The position numbers and the translations under genes are program-made. The notes below the pieces were generated by a model. It saw nothing but the letters and a program-made list of their open reading frames with translations. It was not told the origin of the DNA and did no database searches. DNA of 64,000 bases, taken from assembly GCA_047601445.1 (NCBI GenBank), contig JASGJH010000001.1:7872001-7936000 (forward strand), read 5' to 3'. This document shows, in pieces, positions 40,257-50,977 of the stretch. Position 1 is the stretch's first letter. Each line of letters starts with the position of its first letter. The DNA is from Myxococcales bacterium. GTDB lineage: Bacteria; Myxococcota_A; Polyangia; Polyangiales; DASUME01.

Positions 40257-42140
40257 TCAAGGTCCGATGGGTAGGCCGTGCGTGAGGGTCAGCTCTGGCT
40301 CGAGCTCGTGGGCGGAGACCACCGCCAGGTCGAGCGAGCTCTGCTCCACGAGGGTACGCACATGGCGGCGCAGGGCGGACTGGGTGAGCAGTGCGCAAGG
40401 TCGGGGCGCCGCGTGAAAGGCCGAGCGGATGGCCTCTCCAATGTCTCGCGACAAGCCCGCGGGAAGTGCCAACCACTCGCTGCCACCCTCGCGTCGCAGG
40501 GCATCGCTCACGGTCTCCTCGAGCTCGCCCGAGAGCCGCAAGACGTGAAGTTGGCCCCCGGGCGCCAGGTCGCGGGTGATGCGACGGGAAAGAGCACGTC
40601 GGACTTCTTCGATGAGCTGGGTGGTAGGCGGGAGTGCGGAAGTGGCGGTGTGGTTGGCTTGAGCCAGGGCTTCCAGAATCTCGGGCAGCCAGCGCACGCT
40701 GACGCCTTCGCGCGCCAGGCCACGCAGGATCTGAGCGAGCAAGCCAGGGGAGATGGGCTTCGGGACCGTGTGTCGGACCAGGGCGGGTTGCTCGCGTTCG
40801 AGTCGATCGAGCAGGTTCTGGACGGCCTCCAAACCCAGGCAGTCGGCGGCATGGCGTCGCACGACGGGCACCAGCGTGGACGCCAGCTCGGCCGGACTGG
40901 CGGGCAAGGCGAGCGCGGGCTCCGGCAGCTCGCGCCAGACCCAGCGGAAGGTGTTTGCGGGGAGCTCGGGCTGCACGCGCACGAGCGCGCTGGGGATGGG
41001 AAAGCCGAGGCTGCGGGCAAGTTCGTTCTGCACACCGAGCAGGGCTGCGCCGAGCTCCGGCGTGGGCTGTGCGCGTGGGAGCAAGAAGGGGTTACCCGCG
41101 CTCGCGGGCAGCTCCAGGGTAAGCGGGTCGCGCTCGGCCAGGTCATGGGGAGGGACGCGCACCTGCGGGGCTGGCGCGGCGGCGTCGCGCACGAGCGGCA
41201 GCACCAAAACCGCCGCTGAAAGAGCAAAGGGCCAAGCGGGCAGGCCCGGGACGAGCGCGAGCAGACACAGCACGCTAGCCGCCACGCCCAGCACACGTTT
41301 GTCCGCGAAGAGCTGGCCGACGATGTCGCTGGCCAAAGATTGCTCGTGGGCCTCCGAAGAGACTCGCGTCACCACCAGGCCGGCAGCCGTGGCGCCGAGC
41401 AGGGCGGGGATCTGGGTCACGAGCCCATCGCCGATGGTCAACAGGCCATAGGTGGACAAGCTGGCCTTGAGGTCGAGGCCGCGCTGGGTGGCACCGATGG
41501 CGACGCCGCCCACGAAGTTCACGAGCGCGATCACGATGCCCGCGATGGCGTCGCCTTTCACGAACTTCATGGCTCCGTCGAGCGCGCCGTAGAGCTGGCT
41601 CTCGCGCTCGAGACGCTTGCGCAGCGCGCGGGCGGTCTCCTGGCTGAGGTTCCCGGCGCGTTGCTCGGCGTCGATGGCGAGCTGCTTGCCTGGCATGGCG
41701 TCGAGGCTGAAGCGCGCTCCGACCTCGGCTACGCGCTCGGCACCGCGCGCGATCACGATGAACTGGATCAGCGTGAGGATCACGAACACCAGGGCACCGA
41801 CGAGGTAGTCGCCGCGCACCACGAACTTGCCGAAGGCTTCGATCACGCGCCCGGCGTCGGCCTGCAGCAAGATCAGCCGCGTGGAGGACACGTTGAGCGC
41901 CAGGCGATACAGCGTGCTCAGCAGCAGGATCGTGGGAAAGGCAGAGAGGTTTAGCGGTTCGCGCACGTACAGCGCGGCGCTCAAGAGCAACACGCCGAGC
42001 GTCAGGTTCAGCGCGATCAGCAGATCGAGCAGCGGCGTGGGGAGCGGCACGACCATCATCCCGATGACCGCCACCACGAGTGCGGAGAGAACGATGTCCG
42101 CTTTGCGCCAACCGCCGGGAGCCGAGCGGAGGCCGCTCAT
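40257..42140 (-). CDS. FlhA/SctV (FHIPEP) type III export gate protein, ~627 aa
   Basis: FPTILLLSTLYRLALNVSSTRLIL, GAERVAEVGARFSLDAMPGKQLAID, YGALDGAMKFVKGDAIAG and LTIGDGLVTQIP. Own ATG at 42140. Confidence 0.92.
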   Translation of the reverse strand: MSGLRSAPGGWRKADIVLSALVVAVIGMMVVPLPTPLLDLLIALNLTLGVLLLSAALYVREPLNLSAFPTILLLSTLYRLALNVSSTRLILLQADAGRVIEAFGKFVVRGDYLVGALVFVILTLIQFIVIARGAERVAEVGARFSLDAMPGKQLAIDAEQRAGNLSQETARALRKRLERESQLYGALDGAMKFVKGDAIAGIVIALVNFVGGVAIGATQRGLDLKASLSTYGLLTIGDGLVTQIPALLGATAAGLVVTRVSSEAHEQSLASDIVGQLFADKRVLGVAASVLCLLALVPGLPAWPFALSAAVLVLPLVRDAAAPAPQVRVPPHDLAERDPLTLELPASAGNPFLLPRAQPTPELGAALLGVQNELARSLGFPIPSALVRVQPELPANTFRWVWRELPEPALALPASPAELASTLVPVVRRHAADCLGLEAVQNLLDRLEREQPALVRHTVPKPISPGLLAQILRGLAREGVSVRWLPEILEALAQANHTATSALPPTTQLIEEVRRALSRRITRDLAPGGQLHVLRLSGELEETVSDALRREGGSEWLALPAGLSRDIGEAIRSAFHAAPRPCALLTQSALRRHVRTLVEQSSLDLAVVSAHELEPELTLTHGLPIGP

Positions 42141-42731
42141 AGCTCGCGACGTTCCGTCGAACGCGCGGCCTAGCGTGATCTGATCGGTGAACTCGAGATC
42201 GCCACCGTGAGGCACGCCGCTGGCGATGCGGGTGAGGTGCACACCGGTGGGCTTGAGCGCCTGGGCCAGGTACATAGAGGTCGCTTCGCCGTCCACGCTG
42301 AGCGGGGTGGCCACGATAATCTCCTCGACGCCTTCGCTGCCGATGCGGGCGATCAGGTCGTTGACCTTGAGCTGCTCTGGGCCGACGCCCTCCAGCGGGG
42401 CGAGCAGTCCGTGGAGCACATGGTAGCGACCCCGAAAGCTGGCCGTGCGCTCGATGGCCATCAGGTCCTGCACGCGCGCTACCACGCACAACACGCGGCT
42501 CTCACGGCGCGGGTCGAGGCACACGTCGCAGCGCGCCCGGGAGCCGTAGTTGCCGCAGATCTCACAGCGTCGGACCCGCTCGTGGAGGTGGTCCAGCGCT
42601 TTCGCGAGGCTCTTGGCGTACTGCGGCTCGTTACCCAACACGAAGTAGGTCAGGCGCGCCGCGGTGCGCTCGCCGATCCCAGGGAGCCGCGCGAACAGCT
42701 GCACCAGCTCTGCGATCGGGTCGCTCGCCAT
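42137..42731 (-). CDS. recR: Recombination protein RecR (one extra base at ~42152 fuses it to the next gene in this assembly)
   Basis: LPGIGERTAARL, C4 zinc finger, YHVLHG and DGEAT. Deleting one base gives the canonical end GRAFDGRREL-stop. Confidence 0.93.
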
Positions 42732-42738
42732 GTTTCCC

Positions 42739-43059
42739 TCAGAGGACGCCGGGCATCTTGATGCCCTTGGTCACCTTCTCGAGCTCCGCGTCCACCATCT
42801 CTTGCGCCTTCTTGAGGGCAGCGTTGGCGCCGGCGACCACGAGATCCTGGGCCATCTCCAGGCTCTCCGCCTTCAATAGTTCGGGACTGATCGTGACGCT
42901 GACGATCTCCATGCCGCCGTTGGCCACCACCTTGACCTGGTCGTTGCCGACCGAAGCCTCCACGGTCTCGGCCTTGAGCTCCGTTTTGCGCTGCTCGATC
43001 TTGCGCTGCATGCGGCTCGCCTGCCGCATCAGCTCGCTCATCCCGCCACGAAATTGCAT
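42739..43059 (-). CDS. ybaB: YbaB/EbfC nucleoid-associated protein
   Basis: MSELMRQASRMQ...VKVVANG...QDLVVAGANAAL. Lies between dnaX and recR. Confidence 0.92.
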   Translation of the reverse strand: MQFRGGMSELMRQASRMQRKIEQRKTELKAETVEASVGNDQVKVVANGGMEIVSVTISPELLKAESLEMAQDLVVAGANAALKKAQEMVDAELEKVTKGIKMPGVL

Positions 43060-43066
43060 GGCGTGG

Positions 43067-43095
43067 CTTCTACCGCTCGGGCTCGGCTTTTTCAA
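43067..43095 (-). promoter_or_regulatory. Candidate sigma70 promoter giving a leaderless ybaB-recR-sctV transcript
   Basis: Minus strand TTGAAA-17 bp-TAGAAG, 7 nt before the ybaB ATG, with no SD. The -10 is imperfect. Confidence 0.4.
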
Positions 43096-43276
43096 GGCTC
43101 TGGACCCCGGAGCGAGCGCGGGACTGGAGGTGGCGCGGCGAAGCGTGCAGAACCAGGGCGGATCCGCTTCGGGCACCCCGGGTGAGCACGCCACACACAG
43201 GGACGTCGGCAGGGTCGTCTTGCGCATGGGCGCGGTCGGCGGCAGTCGGAGCCCCGCCCGGGGCTGTCTAGCGCGA

Positions 43277-45187
43277 TCAGTCGATGCTGATTTCCTGCTT
43301 TTGCGCGAGCTCCGGAAACACCTTGAGCGCTTCGAGCACGCGCGGATGATTGAGCGCCTTCTTCTTGATGGCTTCCTTGCGCTCGTCCACTTGTGCCGCT
43401 TCTTGCTGGGCCAGGGTCGTGCCCGAGACCTCGAGCGCCAGCTTGATCTCGATCTCCGGCTGCGCCTTCAACACCGCGCGCGCGGCGCGCCGAAGGGCAT
43501 CGGAGCCATCCGGGGTCTGGGCCTGGCGGCCGAAGAACGAGCCCTCGGGGAACACCACGCAGACGCGCTTCTCGTTGAGTGCGCTGGGCACCCCATGCTC
43601 GTACATGGCGGCCCAACGGGGCTCCTGCTCGCGCAGATACTGGATGACCGCGGTCCAGGCGCGCTTGTCGACACCGGACGCGTGATCCTGGGCAGGTCGG
43701 GGCACCGCGACCAGGGCCGGCGTCGGCGCCGGTGGGGCGGCTGGGCGGGCCACCGCGAGTGCTGGAGCGGCCGTCGTCGCAGGGTGGGTGGCCGTGGGAT
43801 GCATGGGAACCACGGGCGCGGGATTCATGGCGCGCGGCGCGGGTGCGCCGGCCTCGCTCGTGGGGATGAAGCGCTGAAAGGGGTTGGCCTTGTCACCGCC
43901 AGGAGGGGTCGCCTGGGGAGCGCCCTGTGCGTTCGGTCCGCGTGGATTTTCGGAGATCGCGGGCGCGGGGGCGCTGCGCTGCACGTTTCCAGGCATATCC
44001 GCCGGTCGACCGGGGCCGCGTGGTGCGCCAGTGCCCGGCCCGGGACCGCCCTTTTCGAGCTCCTCGAGCCGTGCGATGAGCTGGCCCAGGTCGCGCAGCG
44101 GGGGCCGCGTCGCGAGCCGCACCGCGCCCATCTCGAGCGCGGTCTTCGGCGCCGACGAGCGTCCCACTTCTTCGACCAGCTCGGCCAATGCGGCGAACGC
44201 GCGCTCCAGCTCGAGGACCTCGCTGCGTGCACCGCTCTCGAGGGCGCGCGTGCGCTCGTCGGGCGGCAGATCCACCAGCTTCGGGTGGTCACCGGCCACC
44301 CGCAGCACGACCATGTCGCGCGCGAGGTCGAGCCACTGCTTGGCGAAATGCAGGAGATCGAGGCCCTGTCGCGCGAGGCCATCGATGATCTCGAGCGCTG
44401 CTTTGCCGTCGCCGCGCAGCACCGCCTCGTTGAGGGCGTGCACCTGCTCGCGATCCGCGATGCCGAGCTCCTCGGCGACCTGACTGCCCAACAGCTTGTC
44501 GCTGGAGAATGCCAGCACCTGGTCGAGCAAGGTGAGCGCGTCGCGCATGCTGCCAGCGGCCTCACGCGCCACCAGCGTGATGGCTGGCTGATCGGCTTCG
44601 ATCTGCTCTTTGGCCAGGATCTCACTCACGCGCGCGGCGATCACCGACTGCGGAATCAGGCGAAAGTCGTAGCGTTGGCAGCGCGAGCGAATGGTGACGG
44701 GGACCTTGTGGGCCTCGGTGGTGGCGAAGATGAACTTGACGTGGGCCGGGGGTTCCTCGAGCGTCTTCAAGAACGCGTTGAAGGCGCCCGTGGAGAGCAT
44801 GTGCACTTCGTCGACGATCACCACCTTGAAGCGGTCGCGCGCCGGACGAAACGGGATCGATTCTTGAAGCCGACGCACGTCTTCGACGCTGTTGTTCGAC
44901 GCGCCGTCCATCTCGATGACATCGAGGTCCACGCCGGCGGTGATCTGCACGCAAGCGTCGCACACATTGCAGGGGTCCGCGGTGGGACCACGCTCGCAGT
45001 TCAGCGCCTTGGCCAGGATGCGGGCGCTCGTGGTCTTGCCCACACCTCGCACGCCGGTGAACAGGAAGGCGTGGGCCACACGACCGCTCGCGATGGCGTT
45101 GCTCAGCGTCCGCGTGACGTGTTCCTGTCCCACCAGGTCCGCGAAGGTCTGGGGGCGATACTTTCGCGCGAGGACCGTGTAGCTCAT
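43277..45187 (-). CDS. dnaX: DNA polymerase III gamma/tau
   Basis: LARKYRPQTF, GVRGVGKTT, IVDEVHMLS, LKTLEEPP and TIRSRCQ. Confidence 0.97.
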   Translation of the reverse strand: MSYTVLARKYRPQTFADLVGQEHVTRTLSNAIASGRVAHAFLFTGVRGVGKTTSARILAKALNCERGPTADPCNVCDACVQITAGVDLDVIEMDGASNNSVEDVRRLQESIPFRPARDRFKVVIVDEVHMLSTGAFNAFLKTLEEPPAHVKFIFATTEAHKVPVTIRSRCQRYDFRLIPQSVIAARVSEILAKEQIEADQPAITLVAREAAGSMRDALTLLDQVLAFSSDKLLGSQVAEELGIADREQVHALNEAVLRGDGKAALEIIDGLARQGLDLLHFAKQWLDLARDMVVLRVAGDHPKLVDLPPDERTRALESGARSEVLELERAFAALAELVEEVGRSSAPKTALEMGAVRLATRPPLRDLGQLIARLEELEKGGPGPGTGAPRGPGRPADMPGNVQRSAPAPAISENPRGPNAQGAPQATPPGGDKANPFQRFIPTSEAGAPAPRAMNPAPVVPMHPTATHPATTAAPALAVARPAAPPAPTPALVAVPRPAQDHASGVDKRAWTAVIQYLREQEPRWAAMYEHGVPSALNEKRVCVVFPEGSFFGRQAQTPDGSDALRRAARAVLKAQPEIEIKLALEVSGTTLAQQEAAQVDERKEAIKKKALNHPRVLEALKVFPELAQKQEISID

Positions 45188-45251
45188 GGCCGGCGGCGAC
45201 TGTAGCACCGTGGCCGGCCGGTTGCGCCTGGCATCTGTCCCGGCTCGTGGG

Positions 45252-46271
45252 CTACTCGCAGTGGCCCGGGCGATCGGCGCTGAAACAGCTGGCGTTACAA
45301 GGACAAAGGCTGGCGTCCCGGCACTGTAGGCCCGGATCGCAGTCGTCGTTGCTCCAGCAGGCGCCAGGCTCGAGGGCCAACTGCGTGTTGGCCCCGCACG
45401 TGCTCGGGCTCGGGCACTGGAGCCACTGGTAGGCGCAGCCGCCCTTGGGCTTCTTCACGCAGGTTGGCCCGCTCACGTGTTGGCCGTCGTCGCACGTGGA
45501 GGTGTCCCCGAGCAGCGTCTTCGCCGTCGTCGCAGCCGCCGCGTCGCAGCTGTCGCAGAGCTCCGGATCTTCACTGCAAGCGCCGTAGAACGCGATGCTG
45601 ACCCCGGCCCGGAAGGCCTCGCAGGTGTTGGGATAGGTGATTCCGTCGCAACCGCAGACCGGAAAGTACAGCGACGGGCAGAGCTGACTCTTGGGCTGAC
45701 ACAGCGCGGTGTCGTCGTTGTGACCGCAGGTGCCCAGGCGGAACACACAGAACATGCCCTCGCCGCAGTCCGAATTGGCGAGGCTGCAGCTGCCTTCGGG
45801 GTTGCACTGGTAGCTGCAGAATCCGTGTTGGTCCCGCTTGCACTCGGGCGGCTTACCGTCGGCGCAGTTGAACTCGTCGACCACGCCCGTGCTGTCGAAC
45901 GTAATCACGAACTCGCAGTCGTCGGCACCGCAGGCTGGCGGAGCGCCGCCGTCGGAGGGGGCGGGACACTCCGTGAACAGCCACTCGCAGTGGTCCTCGA
46001 CCCGCGTGCAGATCGGCGTGTGCACTTCGCCGTTTTCACAGGTGGCGGGCTGCGGGGTCGGTTCAGGACAGGTGTTGGCATTGCAGAACGGAAGCGTGCC
46101 CGCGTCCTCGTCGATCACGGCGCCGTCTTGCGGGTCCTGTCCCGCATCGGCCGCACCGCGAGAGCGTTCGACGCCCACCGAGAGGTCCTCGACGCAGCCG
46201 ATGGCGCCGAGCAGCGCGAGCCAGGCTCCGACATACGCGAGGCCCTGACGGCCGGAGCGCTTCGGGATCAT
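45252..46271 (-). CDS. Cys-rich lipoprotein with Kazal-like domain
   Basis: Lipobox AIGC. CPSLYFPVCGCDGITYPNTCEA...GAC, plus many further Cys modules. Confidence 0.8.
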   Translation of the reverse strand: MIPKRSGRQGLAYVGAWLALLGAIGCVEDLSVGVERSRGAADAGQDPQDGAVIDEDAGTLPFCNANTCPEPTPQPATCENGEVHTPICTRVEDHCEWLFTECPAPSDGGAPPACGADDCEFVITFDSTGVVDEFNCADGKPPECKRDQHGFCSYQCNPEGSCSLANSDCGEGMFCVFRLGTCGHNDDTALCQPKSQLCPSLYFPVCGCDGITYPNTCEAFRAGVSIAFYGACSEDPELCDSCDAAAATTAKTLLGDTSTCDDGQHVSGPTCVKKPKGGCAYQWLQCPSPSTCGANTQLALEPGACWSNDDCDPGLQCRDASLCPCNASCFSADRPGHCE

Positions 46272-47089
46272 CGCGTGAGTCCGCAGGCCTGGCGCACACG
46301 CGCAAGCAGGGGCGACTGTGGCGAGAGCTTGTCCAGTGTGGCTACTACCTCGGCGCCGTCGTGACCCAGCGCACAGCGCGCCAGGGCGTCGATGCCGATC
46401 CGCTCTTCTCGCAGGCTGCCTCTCGGGAAGCGCTGGCGATGTTCCTCCGCCTTGGCGAGCGCGCGCTTCGCGTCCCCGTCACGCAGGGCTTGCTGGGCGG
46501 TGGCTAGCAGTGCGAGCTCGTCTTTCAGGGTGCTGCTCTCGACCTTGTTCCCGACCTCGACCTGTCGCCTCGAAACTTCGCGGCTGGGCTCGCGTGGTTG
46601 CGAGACGCTCACGGGCGCCGGCTCCAGCGCCTCCACGCGGGGCGTGCTGGCACCCACCACGTCGCGGGGCCTGGTGGCACCCACCACGTCGGGTGCGGCT
46701 GCAGAGGCCGTATGCGGCTGACTGTCCACGGTCCGCGCAGGCTGCGCCGCCGAAAGCTCCCCATCGCGAGAGAACCATGCGACCGAACCGCCGATCACGC
46801 TCGCGAGCCCGGTGGCCACCACGAGCTTGAACAACCCACCCTGCAACAGCCCACCGGCTGGAGCCGCCAGCGAACTCGCGCTCGTGCCCGCGCTGCCAGC
46901 GCTCGCCGAGACCACGTCGACGCCGCTGGCGGTGCCCAGGGTGGAGGCGCTTACAGTGGAAGCCAGCGCCGCTGCGCCCAGCTGGGCTGCCAGGCGAGAG
47001 CGCATTCGGACCCGATCGGCCGCGCTCGGATCGTCTGCATGCAGCGTGCTGTCGATCAGGTCGCGGGCTTCTTGACTGAGGTCGCTCAT
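46268..47089 (-). CDS. Putative membrane anti-sigma factor with C-terminal TPR-like domain
   Basis: Coupled to the ECF sigma gene. Single TM helix, Pro-rich linker, then LKDELALLATAQQAL...HRQRFPRGSLREER. Confidence 0.75.
   Translation of the reverse strand: MSDLSQEARDLIDSTLHADDPSAADRVRMRSRLAAQLGAAALASTVSASTLGTASGVDVVSASAGSAGTSASSLAAPAGGLLQGGLFKLVVATGLASVIGGSVAWFSRDGELSAAQPARTVDSQPHTASAAAPDVVGATRPRDVVGASTPRVEALEPAPVSVSQPREPSREVSRRQVEVGNKVESSTLKDELALLATAQQALRDGDAKRALAKAEEHRQRFPRGSLREERIGIDALARCALGHDGAEVVATLDKLSPQSPLLARVRQACGLTR
46637..46690 (-). repeat. 2 x 27-bp tandem duplication in the anti-sigma linker
   Basis: DVVGATRPR/DVVGASTPR, with two nucleotide mismatches. Confidence 0.85.
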
Positions 47090-47664
47090 CGCATCCTCCA
47101 CTCGTCTCGTGTGCGCAGGCGCTTCAGCGCCGCGTCGAAATCCTGGCGCGCCGCGCGCAGCCGTGAGTAGACCGTGTTCACGTTGATCTCGAGCGCGCTC
47201 GCGATCTCCGGGGCGCTCAACTGCTCGAGCTCACAGAGCACGAACACCTCGCGCTGATCCTCGTCGAGGGAGTTCAACACCGCGTGCAGCAGGCGCTGGC
47301 CTTCTCCGCGCAACGCGGCGTCGTGAGGCGTGGCTCCATGCTGGTCCGACGGATCGTGCTCCAGCGCTTCCACCGGCTTGCGGCGCTGGCCGCGCCGGAA
47401 GTCGCGCACCGTGTGGCGCAGGATACCGAAGATCCAGGTCTTGAGCTGGGAGCGTCCTTCGAAGTCGGATAGCCGACGGTACACGGTGACGAACACGTCC
47501 TGCACCACGTCGTCCAGGCTCGCTTCGGGAACCCCAAGCCTGCGCGCCGAACGCCACACGAAGTCGAAGTGCAGCTCGTACACGCGGGCGAAGGGTGGGA
47601 TCTCCACGGGCGCAGTGAGGACTCCGGTCCTCAGTTCTCCCGCCGCACTAGGCGCCTCTCGCAT
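47086..47664 (-). CDS. ECF sigma-70 factor
   Basis: Region 2 DDVVQDVF...FEGRSQLKTWIFGI and region 4 QREVFVL...EIA...NTVYSRLRAAR. Confidence 0.93.
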   Translation of the reverse strand: MREAPSAAGELRTGVLTAPVEIPPFARVYELHFDFVWRSARRLGVPEASLDDVVQDVFVTVYRRLSDFEGRSQLKTWIFGILRHTVRDFRRGQRRKPVEALEHDPSDQHGATPHDAALRGEGQRLLHAVLNSLDEDQREVFVLCELEQLSAPEIASALEINVNTVYSRLRAARQDFDAALKRLRTRDEWRMR

Positions 47665-47699
47665 GCTCTGTGGGTGGCCGGGCACGTCGCACTCCGTGG

Positions 47700-48854
47700 C
47701 TAAAATCGCCGCTCCAGCCCCAGCGTAAGCCTGGCCGACACCGCGCTGGGAGTATGGAGCTCACTCGCGGGCTCATTTCCAGTGGTTTCACTCACGTAGC
47801 GCGGACGTCCCAGCGGCACGGCCGCCGCCGGTTCCAGCAAGATCCCCCAGCGTTCGGTCAGCCGGGTATGCAAGCGTAGGGAAAGCCACCCAGCGCGATA
47901 CATCCAGGCCGGTTCCTTGCGCTCACTAAGCTCACTGCCGCGGGAGCGAGCCCGCCCAAGCTCGAGTCCCAGACAGGCGTCCACACTGAAAACCCCGCGC
48001 GCAGAGCGCCAGGCGCTCACGCAGCCGAGCGGTCGAAGCGCCCACAGGGTGACCGAAACCCGCCCGGCGGCGCCGGGTTCGCTCGTGCGCCAGGGTAGCC
48101 AGAAACCCGCGAGCTCCACCCGGAAGCGGCCGATTCCGAGCCCCATTCCCGCCTCCGGACCGAAGGCCACGGTCGGCAAGAAGCCGACGTCCATGAGCGC
48201 GCCTGCGCGCAGCACGATCGATGAAGCGGAGCCCGCCATGGGCGCCTGCTTTGGCGATGACGCACGCGGCTCGATGGTGGGAGCAAGGGGAGCCTCGGGC
48301 GCGGGAACGGCGGACTTTTCGCCCGGGATTGCGGCGGGCGGTGGCTCCTGGTTCGGCGCCGACGGCTCCGGTGGTGGGGCCACTGCGCTCGGGCCACCAC
48401 TCGCGTGCTCGTCGTTTTCGTGCAGCGGCGCACGTTGCTGATCCTCGAGCGCCAGCGCCACCATCAAGACTGCGGCTTGGGCCAACTCCTCACAGCTTCG
48501 ATCCGCGAGGGTCCGTACGGAGCGCTCGTCGGGGGCTGCGCCGGGAGCGCTGCGCGTCGTGCCGTGCTCGAGTTTGAAGCCGTTGTGCGAGCGAACCAGG
48601 CGTGTGGATACCAACAGGCTGGTCGCGGCGCGCTCCTCGAGGGGGCGTCCCAGGCGATCGCGTAAGCGAGCCTCGGCCCAAGCGCGATCGGGGCACGCGG
48701 GATCGGCCTGCCACGTCCAAGTGAGCTCGGGCGCTCGCTGCGCGCTTCCACGTGTGGTCCACGGCCAGCTAGAGAGCCAAGCAAGCGCGAATGCACACGC
48801 GAAACTCCTGCTGAAGCCTCTCGGCCCCCTCGTCCGCGCGCGTCCACTCGCCAT
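47700..48854 (-). CDS. Exported protein with Cys-containing N-domain, Pro-rich linker and probable C-terminal beta-barrel
   Basis: Signal peptide, ACPD...SCEELAQAAVLMVALAL, beta-strand pattern and terminal LGLERRF. Confidence 0.7.
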   Translation of the reverse strand: MASGRARTRGPRGFSRSFACAFALAWLSSWPWTTRGSAQRAPELTWTWQADPACPDRAWAEARLRDRLGRPLEERAATSLLVSTRLVRSHNGFKLEHGTTRSAPGAAPDERSVRTLADRSCEELAQAAVLMVALALEDQQRAPLHENDEHASGGPSAVAPPPEPSAPNQEPPPAAIPGEKSAVPAPEAPLAPTIEPRASSPKQAPMAGSASSIVLRAGALMDVGFLPTVAFGPEAGMGLGIGRFRVELAGFWLPWRTSEPGAAGRVSVTLWALRPLGCVSAWRSARGVFSVDACLGLELGRARSRGSELSERKEPAWMYRAGWLSLRLHTRLTERWGILLEPAAAVPLGRPRYVSETTGNEPASELHTPSAVSARLTLGLERRF

Positions 48855-48930
48855 GCCCACGCACGAGCTAGCACGGTACGCGTTCGGGTCACAAACGTTA
48901 CCTGTAGTACGCGAATACGGCGCGCACGCG

Positions 48931-48959
48931 TTGACAGAACTGCGGCGCCTTTCTATGGT
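48931..48959 (+). promoter_or_regulatory. sigma70 promoter upstream of pyrG
   Basis: TTGACA-17 bp-TATGGT, implying a ~310-nt leader. Confidence 0.7.
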
Positions 48960-49239
48960 CAGGGCCCGTGCACACGTTCAAGCACGGGCTCTTCACGACT
49001 CGACACCGCCCGCCCGTCCTGCCTCTTCAATCCCGAAGGCACGACGGGTTTCGGTTTTCTTTGGACTTGCTCTTGCTCGAGCCAGTTCACGCCGTGTCCG
49101 GCGTTCCTGTCAGACGAGATTTCGCCCGCGCTGTTCCGGTCGCCGATGGGGCCCGTCGCCTACGAGCGCCTTCTTGCGCCTCGACCCGACCGGAAATGAA
49201 TCGATTTGTGCCGTCGACATTGCAGAGCGCGATATCTGA

Positions 49240-50928
<1,689 letters not shown>

Positions 50929-50954
50929 GCAGTCGAGTTGCCCGCGCGACGGGC

Positions 50955-50976
50955 GGGGAGGGCGCGTGCCCTCCCC
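50955..50976. terminator. Hairpin between convergent pyrG and dehydrogenase genes
   Basis: GGGGAGGGC-GCGT-GCCCTCCCC with only a weak U-tract. Confidence 0.5.
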
Positions 50977-50977
50977 T

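Noticed and set aside
40257..42731. 824-aa RecR-FlhA fusion protein in the ORF track
   Set aside because: Removing one base at ~42152 restores the canonical RecR end GRREL-stop overlapping the sctV ATG. Similar single-base insertions occur elsewhere in the window, so this is most likely an artefact.
43060..43276. Possible ffs/ncRNA near dnaX
   Set aside because: No SRP or tRNA motif. Only a short GC hairpin and a promoter candidate are present.
42758..45205. Long antisense ORFs (815 aa here; also opposite pyrG, gltA, acs and the large lipoprotein)
   Set aside because: Expected shadows of GC3-rich coding genes, with no recognisable motifs.
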